From: the human T2T-CHM13v2.0 reference genome, Homo sapiens | DNA: 64,000 nt | Direction: 5' to 3' (one strand) | NCBI RefSeq assembly: GCF_009914755.1 | Contig: NC_060940.1 | Program-made: the position numbers and the translations under genes | Shown: one piece after another, positions 1-14,873 of the stretch | How the letters are laid out: each line of letters opens with the position of its first letter | Position numbering within the stretch: position 1 is the stretch's first letter | Notes under the pieces: generated by a model | What the model was told of the DNA's origin: nothing | Seen by the model: the letters and a program-made list of their open reading frames with translations, nothing else | Database searches by the model: none

Positions 1-301
1 TAGTTGATGGTGTATGGGTGCAGGGGTTAGTTGGCCTTATTGGCCTCTGGCTAAGTGCATTGTGATGGCTTTGACTCTGATTTTCTTTTCTGTGACTGTT
101 TTAAGTCCCAGGAAGAACTGGCAGCCCACAGATGCTGCAGCAGCATTTGAAAAGAGAATATTGATCGCAGGCGAACTTAACCTGGGACTAGGGTGGAGTT
201 GGAAAGGTGGCGGTGTGACTGTATTGACAGGTGCTCTTTATGGAGCGATGACTCCTGTGCCTGTGGGTGAGCGTAAGGGACATGTGGGGAAAGTGCACTA
301 A

Positions 302-400
<99 letters not shown>

Positions 401-409
401 TGAGTATCG

Positions 410-434
410 TCTGTCTGTCTGTCTGTCTGTCTGT
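410..434. repeat. (TCTG)n microsatellite
   Basis: tctgtctgtctgtctg... just downstream of the donor at 400. Confidence 0.9.
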
Positions 435-1707
435 TTCTGCTATTACTGAGCTTGGGGCAAGCCAGCTAGGGGACAGTGGGAGTACAATTGAACTGCATAA
501 AGGTGACCACCAAGGAGATAAAAGAAGAATTGGATTAACATGGTTTCATTGTTATTTTTCTTTTAAAAATCAAAACACAACAGGGACACCAAGTACTTGT
601 CTCCAGAAGCGATAGACCTCCCTGATCTTAGGCAGCAGGCATTAATAACATGTGATAATCATGGCCTGTTAGAAGAGGATTTCTTGGCAGGTATGAGATG
701 AGGAGAGAGAGAAGGTGTTGCCTGACTGTCTCTGAGAATCCTGAAGAGTGAGAGACAGCCTGGTGGCCTCGGGCCTGCTCTGCCTTGGGTGTTGCTTGGC
801 GTCCCTGGCTGTTCCGCTCGCTGGCACTCCTGTTCCTAGTGCCACGTGCATCATCCCTAATGCTGTTCCCACATGCCTGAGCCTCTGAGACACCACGCTG
901 TGTGAATCGGGTTAAAAAACAGATGAGCAAACATTTGTAAATCCAGACTGGGAAAAGTGAATCCTTGTGGCCTGGCCTGCAGTGTTGCCGCTTTTCTCCT
1001 GGTTGCAGTTTGTGGCAGGGGAAGCTTGTTGCTCAACAGCTGAGGAGTTTGTGTGTGTAAGAACAGTTGTCAAAATGTGGGTGTTCTACCGCATGGCCTC
1101 GCCTGGCCAGGACCTGGATTGGCCCCTTGGGTCAGGAAGTGTGAGCTGCAGAGAGCACCTGAGCATTGGTGCGGACGATAGGATTGTGTCAACAAGGAAC
1201 CTGCCTGAGCGTGCCAAATGTGGACAGCTCAAGGCATTGAAGAGAAATATTTTTTTGCTTATCTAGATGGAGAAACTGGAGGGGTGAGGCTTTCCCTGAC
1301 CTCATAATGGTTGATAAACGTGGGGACTGGGGGAAAAAAAAGAAATGCTGCCGGGAAGTGTCTCCTTTGAACCCCAAGTAACTCATGACTTTCCACTTTG
1401 AAAGCTTTCATGTTTTCTCTATGAAATTTAGTGCTTCAGAGCTTGTTCTCCTGGGCTCTGTTTTCCTGGTATTGTGACCTAAGAGCCTTGGCCCACATTA
1501 CCTAGCCATGTTCATCAGGCTTGGGAGTTGTTGTTGTTTGTTGATTGCTGAGGATGTGTTTCCTTGGGCATTCAGTTACATTGTGTGACCAACAAGACAG
1601 GGTTTGACTGCCGTTGGCTCCTAGCTTTCCTCTCCACGTACGGTGAGCTGATGAAGACAGGAGTTGCAGTGAGCTGCAGCCGGTGGTGACTGTGTTTTGT
1701 TCTTCAG

Positions 1708-1837
1708 CATAGAGGCGCAGACTCGGGAGCTGAGCAGTCAGGTCCGCTCTGGGGTGTATGCCTATCTTGCGTCATTCCTGCCCTGCAGCAAGGATGCCCT
1801 GCTCAAGCGTGCTCGGAAACTTCACCTCTATGAACAG
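1708..1837 (+). CDS. UBN1: UBN1 exon ~9: [43 protein letters not shown]
   Basis: ttcttcag|CATAGAG ... GAACAG|gtgggt; 130 nt; overlaps ORF 1697..1891. Confidence 0.95.
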
Positions 1838-1990
1838 GTGGGTGACTCTAGAGTGAAGCCCTTTGGCTTTGGGGTCCTGGCGGAGGGGTGACTGAGTCTT
1901 AAGCAATGATGCGTCTGCTGCCCCACTGCCTCCTTGTGATCACCCCATCATGCGTCCTGAGCGTAAGAGCGATGTGTAAACCTGCCTTGA

Positions 1991-2131
<141 letters not shown>

Positions 2132-2322
2132 TAAGTTTGTCCTGGCGCTTGCAGGCGCAACCCTCCCGTCTTGCCTCTTCCCCTCCCGTTTCTCGGTGTG
2201 TACTGCCGTTTCCCAAGGAGCCTCTTGGCTCTTCTTTGGCCTTTTCTCCTTCTCTGTGAAGTCCCAGTAGTGCAGAGTGAGGGGAGAGGCGGTGGGCAGG
2301 AGCACCTTGGGGCCCCATGTAA

Positions 2323-2538
<216 letters not shown>

Positions 2539-2618
2539 TGACAAAGGTTAGGCTCATTTACTTTCATCAGGGCTGCTGAAAGCACATGATTGGAACCTTG
2601 GAGCAGCATCTGAAGTAG

Positions 2619-2798
<180 letters not shown>

Positions 2799-3040
2799 TG
2801 AGGGCCGTGTGCTGAGATGGGCATCTGTGCAGTCAAGACACGTTTGAACGCTGCTTTTGTGCCAGGCCAACAGGATCCTTGCTCACAGGGAGTCACTGTC
2901 TAGCTGCCTCAACTCTGATCTCACCTGAGTAACTGGGGGACATGCAGGTAGCTGGGAAAGGGTCTTCTGGATCTTCCCTGGAGGAAGGGAAGTTGCCTCC
3001 AGGGTTTTGTTTTTGTCATTTTTTGTCCCACTTCAGTTGA

Positions 3041-3371
<331 letters not shown>

Positions 3372-3886
3372 ACACTTCCTGTTTTAACATACAGGCTGCT
3401 ATGAGCATTTGAGAGATGGGTTCATCTTGGGTCTTTCCTGATGTTCCTGAAGAAGTGTCATTTGCAGGTAGCAGGGCTGACTCCTTATTGGAACTAAGTG
3501 CCAGGCTTCCATCTCAGAGGCTACCTTGTACGAAGTCACTTCCTGCGAATGAAGTATTTGTGTCATACATGGGACAGAGAAAGTTAGCTGGAGTGATTTT
3601 CTTGATTGGACTCGAATCATCTGTTGTGCGGATAGATCTTGGAACCTTTGAAATTGCTGTCCTCTCTACGTAGGCTGGACTCATATGAAGAACGTTTTTG
3701 TTGAGTTTCTCTGGACAAAGACATGCTGGGTCACTCCACATTTTATTCCTGGAATGGAGGGACTAGGCAATAAGGAAAGTGCTGTGCCCTTTAGGGAAGC
3801 ATCACCATGAGAGGTTTGAGGCAGAGCCATACATTTTCTTGGTAAAGGCCAGACTCAGCCTTTGGGCAGCCAGTGTGTCCCATTGA

Positions 3887-4264
<378 letters not shown>

Positions 4265-4369
4265 TAATGAGGGATAGCTACTGAGGACCAGGGACACTAG
4301 CAAAGTTCTGGAAGCAGAGTCCCAGCTTTCTGGGGCATGTACAGATGCCTGGTGTTCTGTGTCTTTCAG

Positions 4370-4420
4370 AACTCTGTTTAAGGAGAGCAGACGAGGCCAT
4401 GGGCACCTGACTTCAATCCT
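4370..4420 (+). CDS. UBN1: UBN1 exon ~13: TLFKESRRGHGHLTSI(L)
   Basis: ctttcag|AACT ... ATCCT|gtgagt; 51 nt. Confidence 0.92.
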
Positions 4421-4516
4421 GTGAGTGTCTTGGTATTTTCACATCTCGGGACAAGTGTTGTTTTTGGTCTCCTCTGGATATTCTCTAAACTTTTCTGTGC
4501 TCATTCCTTTGAACAG

Positions 4517-4559
4517 GGCCAAGAAGAAAGTTATGGCCCCTTCTAAAATCAAGGTGAAG
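4517..4559 (+). CDS. UBN1: UBN1 exon ~14: AKKKVMAPSKIKVK
   Basis: tgaacag|GGCC ... GTGAAG|gtgagt; 43 nt. Confidence 0.92.
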
Positions 4560-5696
4560 GTGAGTCAGTTTGCTCGGGTCACATGTCAGCTATGCCCATC
4601 TCCCTACAACTATGCTCTGGAAACAGTCAAGTGACTGTGGAAGCTCATTGATCTTTGCTCGTCTGGGGACAGCTGCTCAGGATGACATTCTTGAAGTCAT
4701 AACAGGACAGAGACCCAAGCCACTTAACCCCCCTCTAGCCTTGGTTCTACAAACAGTACCCAGCTGGCCCAGTTCCTGGGGTTCATGTGGGATTAAGTGG
4801 GATCTTCTTGGCAGCCCTCTGAGGAGTCAGTAGTCCCTGAAGGTGTGAACGTGTTACACTGTGATCTTTGTATGGAAGAAATACACTCTAGCCAAGTGCA
4901 GTTTAGCTTGGAGCCACAGCAGAAAGAAAAGGCGACTTTACTGAGCTACCAGGCAGAAATGGAGGGCAATATAGTGGCTGGAGAATAGACACTGTGAAAA
5001 TTACCTTAGATGTTGCAGAAACCTCTCAATGTAGTAAAAATTGCTGTTTATCAACATTTTTCCCAGTTCTTAGTGTGGTGCCCTTAGCCATCCCTAAGCA
5101 GACCGTGAGAATGAGATGTGCAAATCATTTACTCCTAAGTATCTGTTGAGCTCCCACAATGTCCCAGACACACTGTATTAAGCACCAGGGATGCAGGAGT
5201 GAAGGATTAGACCCCATTCCTGTTCCCATGAAAAGCTCACTCTTCTTTGAACCCAGTCTGAGGAGATGGGTGCTGGGAAAAATCAAGAAGGGAAAAATAG
5301 CTGCTTTAAGGCAATTCTCATGCCATGCCTTGGTCTGATTGCAGCTAGGAGTGCGCTGAGACAGTGGGAATGCCAGTAGGCAGAGTATCTCTTCACGAGA
5401 GTCTTAACGCTTTTCAAAACAGAAGAAAGTTTCTCCTGGCGGCTTGTTTGTACTTAGCAACGAAGCATGCCGGGGTAAACCCAGCCCTGGCCAACCAGAT
5501 ACTCACCAGGGGTGATGAAGTCATGGCATCTAAAGTCAAGGCGGGCACAGCTCCTGCTCTGTCCCACCACTTGTCTTGTAATTATACAGGAAGGCCCAGT
5601 TTTTTTGACTCGAGTTCACATGTTTGTATCCTCACAACAGGCCAATGTTGGCATCTTTGGACCTTTCTAAACATCAACATTTCTGTTTTCCTTTAG

Positions 5697-7004
<1,308 letters not shown>

Positions 7005-7323
7005 TGAGATCTAAAACCACAGGTCAGGTAGGAACAGTGGGCTCAGACGTAGGAAGGGAGACTGGGCTCCCTGTTCTCAGGTATTCACTTTTCTGGTGAC
7101 AGGAAGCCCAGGATGGCCTAAAGCTTCTTCTGAGGAGGGCAGAGGGACCTAAAGGATGGCCAGCACCAAGCACCATGCCTCTTCGGAGGCTGTCTGTGTG
7201 GCACAGAATGAGCAACAGCCCTTGCCTTCCGTGACCCCTTGCCTCTCCATCTCTCTAAAGGGGGCTGGAAATGCTGTCTTCTATCAGTTGAGTCATGTGG
7301 ACGTGTTCATGGACCAGGAATAG

Positions 7324-7744
<421 letters not shown>

Positions 7745-8357
7745 TCTTTTTCTAATATATAAATGAAGTGGTTGCAAAGACAAAACCATAGAAAGGTCTG
7801 TTGGAGGTCTCACCTCCTTTCCTGCACCCACCACCTCTGTAAGGTAACTAAGCTCTTTAGTTTCTGGTTTATTTTCCTCTTTTTAAACAAAAGATTAATA
7901 AATATAAATAAAGGTATATATGTATGTGTGTGTATGTATGTATATAAATATATATACACATATAAATATCCATGAACATTTATGGATATCTATATTACAT
8001 TTTTCCCTTCACAAAGGAGGCTTTTTTTTTTTGAGACAGAGTCTGGCTCTGTCACCTAGGCTGGACTGCAGTAGCGCGATCACAGCTCACTGCAACCTCT
8101 GTAGGAGACATATTTAATATCCTGCTTTTAAAAAAATTATGTTCCCTGGAATCCATTCCATGTTGGTTCATAAAGACTGTCCTGGATCCTGTCTTTGGGG
8201 CTGCAGGGTCGAAGGGTGCCTCCCAGGGCCATCTGACATGGATGTGTATGTCCTCCTTTGTGGACACACAAGGAGGATCCTTTGTGTTGCCAGGTTTGGT
8301 GTGAGTGAGCCACGAACAGGACTGGAGTTCTTACCGCTTGCTGTGTTTCTTCCCTAG

Positions 8358-8699
<342 letters not shown>

Positions 8700-8702
8700 T
8701 GA

Positions 8703-9089
<387 letters not shown>

Positions 9090-10217
9090 TGAGGCTGTGC
9101 TTTGTCAGTACTCAGGGTGACACGCACTTCTACTCTTGGGGTTTCCTCTGGTCCCCACTTGGAGCTGCCGCCAGGTCAGCCTCAGCCTGTGTGATCACAG
9201 GGAAAGTTGCGGGGGGCAGGGTGGTGCGCTTTTGTGTGCGGTGGAGGAGTTCCTAACCCTCGGCTTGTTTTTTTCTCTTCAGTTAAAAAAAAAAAAAAAA
9301 AAGGGAAGGTAATGGTGCATCTTCTCCAAGGGCTAATTGGGTACAACAAGGTCTTGGAATGCAAGCTGCTCCACTGTCAGATGTGATTGCTTAACAGAAG
9401 GCTCTCTAAACTTTGTTTCCATTAAAGGGAAAATCCAGGTAGCAGCCAGAGGCCACAGTGCAAGACTTTGAGAGGAGCAGCTTTAAATCTGTCCAAGTGT
9501 GAAAACTCCATCAGAACAGATTTGTGGGAGCACAGCAGGCATGTGGTCGGTGCTCCCCTTAGCATCTTCTGAAATAGGGAACTTCTAAAAGCCTCAGGCT
9601 TGAGGCTGCTCTGGTAGCACCTGAGAACTGGGCTCAGGTGCCCCGGGTTGGTACCTTTGCATTGAGTGCGTCTGCCTCACCCTATCCCGAGTCTGCGATT
9701 CTTGGGTACGCCTCCTGGAATTCTGGCATGGGAAGTCTCATGGTGTCTCAGCTTTGACCTAGCATTGTTCCTACTGTAGACCCGCTTCAGACATGACCAG
9801 GGTGCTACTTGGATAAGGGGAGAGCCACTCGTATGGAAGCCAGCCGAGGTAACCCTGGCGAACTGGTGCCAGGTGGAAGTAAGGACCCTCTGTGCTGCAC
9901 GTCTCCCAAGTTACATCTGCCTCATGATGTGCTGTGGCTCCCTGGCACCATGGCGCATTATAGTAAACACCAGAGGCCATATGGGGCAAGACTAAATCTG
10001 TAAATCTCCACAATGGAAACTGTGCTTCTTTGAGGGGCTAAGCCTATAGCACTAGTGACTCCTCCTTTCCTTGGGAGGAGAAGTAAAGTGCAGTGACTTC
10101 TCTACAGACTAGAGGCTGCAGAGCCACCTTGGTGAGAGCAGGGGTCTTTCCAAAGTCAGGCTGCCCTGCCTTTGCTTACTCTCAGGAATGTTACTCTCAG
10201 AAAAGCAAAGTAATTGA

Positions 10218-10503
10218 GGCCGGACGCGGTGGCTATCACCTGTAATCCCAGCACTTTGGGAGGCCAAGGCAGGAGGATTGCCTGAGTCCAGGAGTTCAAG
10301 ACCAGCCTGGGCAACATGGCAAGACCCTATCTCTACATTTAAAGAAAAAAATTAGTCAGGTGTGGTGGCATGTGCCTGTAGTCCCAGCTCTTTAGGAAGC
10401 TGAGGCAGAAGGATCACTTGAGCCGAGGAGGTCGAGGCTGCAGCGAGCCGTGGTCATGCTACTGCACTCCAGCCTGGGCAAGAGTGAGACCCTGTCTCAA
10501 AAG
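10218..10503 (+). mobile_element. Alu (AluJ-like)
   Basis: GGCCGGACGCGGTGG...GAGGTCGAGGCTGCAG...GACCCTGTCTCAAAA. Confidence 0.93.
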
Positions 10504-10549
10504 ATTGCTTTCTGCTATATTTTCATTTTTCCTCTGGGTATGAAAAGGC

Positions 10550-10785
10550 TATCAGAATAGGAAGAATAAGTGCTAGTGTTCTATACCACTGTAGGGTGAC
10601 TGTAGTTAACAGTAGTATGTAGTTTCAGTTAGGAGGAGGATATTGAACGTCGCCAACAAAAGGAGATGAAAAACGTTTGAGATGATGGATATGCTAATAA
10701 CTCTAACGTGACACTACACATTTTAGATGTTGAAACATCACTATGTACCCCATAAAATATGTGTCATTATTATGAGTCAGTTTTT
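10550..10785 (+). mobile_element. L1MA-type LINE-1 3' end fragment
   Basis: AGAATAAG...TGAGATGATGGATATGCTAAT...CATCACTATGTACCCCATAAAATATG resembles an L1MA 3'UTR. Confidence 0.7.
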
Positions 10786-11571
10786 AAAACTGTTTAAGGC
10801 TCTCAGAGGCTGGATGTGGTGGCATTGAGAGGCAGGAGGATTGCTTGAACCCAGGAATCAGAGGGTATAGTGTGCTGTGATCATGCTTGTGAATAGCTGC
10901 TGTACTCCAGCCTGGGCAACATAGTGAGACCTCATCTCTAAAAAAATTTTTTTTAATCAGTTTAAAAGTTCGAGGAAAAAGAAAATCAATCAGAAAAGCA
11001 ACTATACCAAAACAGGGTTATCCAAGTGAGCTTCTCTCACTTCCTTAGATGGACTTCAGCTTATAGGATGACACGAGATGCGAGTAAGAAGCTATTTGCG
11101 CATTTCAGCTGCGTGACTTGTGTCTGCGTTGCTTTCCTTTCTTTCTTCTGTGGACTGAGAATGCTAGTGCCTTTGAATTTGTCTTTACAGGACCTGAGGG
11201 TCTTTTGATGGTAAGAGAATGAATGATCATTGCTGCCTTGAGTTCTGTGTGATCGTCAGGCCTCGCCTCAGGATGGCAATTGTAGCCTGAGATGACGTAG
11301 CCCAAGTTGCACAGCAGAGTTGCTGTTCTGGAAACACTGTGCTGAGTGACCACCGACCTTCACAGTGCTAGTGTGCTTGCAGGCTGTGGCCAGGAGTAGT
11401 GTACACGAATAACTGCTGGCTGGTGTCTCATGGCTTGTTTGAGCTCTAGAACACTCAGCATTTGGGGACTTTTGCTATTTAGGTGTCTCCCTTGAAGTTT
11501 GGTTACTACTGCCTTAAGGAAATCAGAGAGCATGAAAAACTTGCGTTCTAATTTTTCTTACTCTTTTCCAG

Positions 11572-11621
11572 GTGCTTCTCAGCTTCATGGGAAAGGGCCT
11601 GCTGTACCACGGAAATTGTGA
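11572..11621 (+). CDS. UBN1: UBN1 terminal coding exon: (G)ASQLHGKGPAVPRKL*
   Basis: cttttccag|GTGCT acceptor; TGA at 11619-11621; matches recalled UBN1 C-terminus. Confidence 0.94.
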
Positions 11622-13850
11622 CCGCTTCAGAGGCAAGGCTTGCCACTTGGGTCTGGGTGGAATCAGAACGTGCAGGTCTCCCAGGATGTACACTCACTGC
11701 GCCCTTTCTGCTGCTTGGTGTTCTTCTGGAGGAGCGTGAGTTCTCAGCGGAGCGCTTCTCGGCACTTCTGATGTGCCTCCCATGGAGGGAGCCGGGCCCT
11801 TGCTGCTCAGGAGGTGCAGACTGCCCCGTGCTCTGGGCCTTGCAGCTCTGTCGCTAGACGGTTGTTAGAGGGGCAGCTCTAGGCTGGGGCTTGCGCTGGG
11901 CCGTGGTGGGAGGCACAGTGTTTACAGGCTCTGGTGGCAGAGCAGTTGGCACACCTGTGGGTGAATCTGCCTGATCCCCTGGCATTTGGTCAGAGTACCT
12001 CAGAGCACCCCACTGCTCAGGGGCTCCTTCTGGCTGCAGTAAGCTCCCTGGATGGTCACAGTGCCGCCCCATCCCCAGGCTGTGTGCTCAAAGCGGACAA
12101 AACTCAGGCCAGAGCCACAGCTGGGAGACCTGCACTGTCCCTGCGAAATACTAAGAACACCTAGGGTGTGCTCACTGTGGGGGCCAGTTTCTCCTCGGAA
12201 CATGACAATGAAGCTCTTTTAGAGAAAAGACCTTTGTAGATTCAACAATTATGATAGGATTTTTACAGACACCTATTTTGGGCTCAGTTTTCATCATTAC
12301 CATTAAATGCATTGGATAGAAGGGGACTGTTCTTCACACATCATATTATAGGAAGACATAATTCCAGTGCCTTTATGGTGGAGCAGAATTCGACAACACA
12401 TGTCCATTCAGCCCTCTGAATGGATCTGAGACGAAGACCTTTTTAAAGATATGTCTGTATTGAAGAGAAAGCCAGTTTTGAGTTTTTTACACTTGCACAT
12501 CATTATCTGTGCCGTCCTGACTAGAAGGTTGTCTGGGCCCCCAAATTCCAAGTCCCAGTATAGCCAGGGCTCCCATTTTGTTTTTCCCGAGTTCGTGGAG
12601 GTGGACTGCAGAGCCCAGAGCCCTTCATCTCTCTGAGGGTCAAGGATACCAGGGGTCCCAAGTCACAGATAGACATTCCAGTTTGTATTCTTAGGAATCA
12701 TTCTTAGGCAGTGCGGCAGAAGCAGGCCTCTGTGAAGTGTCTGCCGGGTAGAAATAGGCCTTGAAGTCCTGGGGCTCTCCAGGCAGTGGGGTTATGTGTC
12801 GACTGAAGGGTGATGTGCAGAAGAGCTTGGAGAGTGGATCAGAGAGACTAGGACAGTTACTGCAGAGCTCCTAAGTCACCACTCAACCAGTGGCTGTTTC
12901 ACAAGGATTTGAGGGCACTTGCCTGTCTTGTGAGGTCTGTGCCACAAGGTGAGTCTGAACTGACTGCTCCAGCTAAGTGATCAGGCACGTTGAGAGTATA
13001 TGGTGTCCTCAGCACATACACCTGTGGGAAAACGGACCGCTCTTGGCTCCTGACTCCCAGGGTACAGCGCCCAGTAACTCATCCTTCATTCAGAGGTTTG
13101 CTGGCCTTCCCGGTTTCCCAAGGAGCAAGACCTCTGTCTGCCCTTTGGCCCGGCCTCTGCTCTGACTCCTTTTTTTACATAAGAACCAATCTGTGTTTCA
13201 CATTGGGCTAAGTGGATTCCTTATCCCTTTGTTATATATATTTTTTGCAACTTGGATTTCCAGTTTGTTTACAGAGTAGTCTTAGGTAGTAGCAAAAGAG
13301 CCAAAGAAGAGATTTGTATTGCTGAGCTCAAAGCCAAGCAGAGGCCGGCAGTGGAGGCTGAGCAGGGACTCTCCAGGCTTCTCTGCCCATAAACACCCGG
13401 GTCCCAGGCCCTCCTTCCTTTCCCTTTGGTGCTCCCTCCTCCCCATGTACCATTGCGCGTGCAGCTGGAGCAGAATACCCTCATTTTTAGGAATCTAGTG
13501 ATGCCTCTTGCCTCAGGGAAACGTTTCTTTGATGGGGAGTTTGAGATTTCTTTTCCTTGTTTATGCTTTATTTGTGGTAATGAAAGAGCGAATGACTGAA
13601 CAGCCATGGCAAGGCAGACCTACAGGCGAGGCCGCAGCAGAGGGTGGGGCAGAGCAGCCTCGGGGTCTGGGGGCTGCAGGGGTTTCCCTGGCGCAGCGAA
13701 AGTCTCTGAGCACTTACCGGGCGTGACCGTTTCTTAGGTGTGAGAGGGGCTGTGGCTTTTGTGCAGCGACTATGTTGGTGTTAGGGGTGGTGTGGAGATT
13801 GTTAATCTTGTATAAAGCAATTCAATAAATTGTTTCAAGGTTTCCAAAAC
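11622..13850 (+). other. UBN1: UBN1 3'UTR (long form)
   Basis: Alu-free unique sequence from the stop codon to AATAAA 13824-13829, followed by a T-rich downstream element; end position estimated. Confidence 0.8.
13824..13829 (+). terminator. UBN1: UBN1 polyadenylation signal AATAAA
   Basis: Canonical hexamer with upstream TGTA/TATAAA (13809-13816) and a downstream T/C-rich tract (13851-13874). Confidence 0.8.
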
Positions 13851-14004
13851 ATTTTTTCTCACTCTTTTCTTTCTACCATGTGGAAGTAAGTAGTTCTTCC
13901 TGTAGGAGCTGTTACAGATGGAATATCCATTTTGGCTGAAAGCCAAGGGGGGGGGGGCGGGGGAGTAAGCCTTGCATGCAAAAGAAGAAACATGTGGACC
14001 GTAC

Positions 14005-14873
14005 AAGCAGACTCCAGCCACCAGGTTTATTTTCATGCTATAAATAAAGTTCCCTATTAGTTCCCATTTTCTTATGTTCTACATGAGATACAGAGACCCA
14101 GATATTGGCGTGGTGAATAATCAACTGTTTTGTATACCTAAATACCAATGAGATAATAAGCGAGACTTGTAAAGCACTGAAACTAAGGCTAACAGCAGCA
14201 CAATCCACTATCAAAGGATTTAAATGCCAGAACTGTGAAACATTCTCTGTAGGTGCCGGGACAGTCTGGTGGCTGACAATTAACGTCCACTCCAGCACCG
14301 AGGGCTGGACACTTGTGGTTTCTGTTCACCTTTCCTGGCTTGGAGCCCAGATCTGTCTCATGAGCAGAGTAACTACTGAGGAGGCTTCTCGGATGGAAAG
14401 TTGGTTTTAAGCCAGAAATCTGGAGAGATGTCATGCCAGGCAGCAGCCCCCACGGGCCCAGGCCTTTGTGGGGCAGTGTCACTGTCTGGTGTGCCACCAG
14501 TACCCATGCTGCAAGGAGTGGGCTTGGCTGCTGTGGTTGGCTTGTCCTTCAGTGGTTTTCAGATTGTGTGCAGTTATCATGAGGAGTTTGTTGCTGGGAG
14601 TGTACAGGAAAAGGGAGGAAAAGGCATCGCAGTTGTCCAGTCATTGGAGGATGAAGTACGTCACTCAGGGTGAATGATGGTTGGGACGAGAGTTGCCTGT
14701 CTTCAGCCAGTGCCTGTCTCATATGTGGGCGGGACTCTGAGCAGCCTGGCAGCGAGGGTATGTATAAAATGCTTGGCCTGCACCAGGGCTAGGGAGAGGA
14801 CGACACCAAGGAGGTCACTGCGTCGTAGGAGAGGGCCAGCGTCTGCCGTTACGAAGAGTTGCAAGAGCTGTGC
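14005..14873 (-). other. PPL: PPL 3'UTR
   Basis: Between the TAG (14874-14876) and the inferred cleavage site ~20 nt past the PAS. Confidence 0.8.
14026..14031 (-). terminator. PPL: PPL polyadenylation signal AATAAA
   Basis: TTTATT on the + strand, ~850 nt past the PPL stop; U-rich downstream sequence on the - strand (13981-13991). Confidence 0.8.

Noticed and set aside
4421-4516. 96-nt (3n) UBN1 intron as an in-frame retained intron
   Set aside because: Retention gives an immediate TGA (ATC CTG TGA), so it is not frame-preserving.
9285-9302. A18 run as a processed-pseudogene or retroelement tail
   Set aside because: No upstream Alu, L1 or mRNA-like body and no TSD is visible; treated instead as part of a candidate micro-exon.
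13632-13649. CTCF-like motif CCGCAGCAGAGGGTGGGG near the UBN1/PPL junction
   Set aside because: Mismatches at core positions; cannot be supported without ChIP data.
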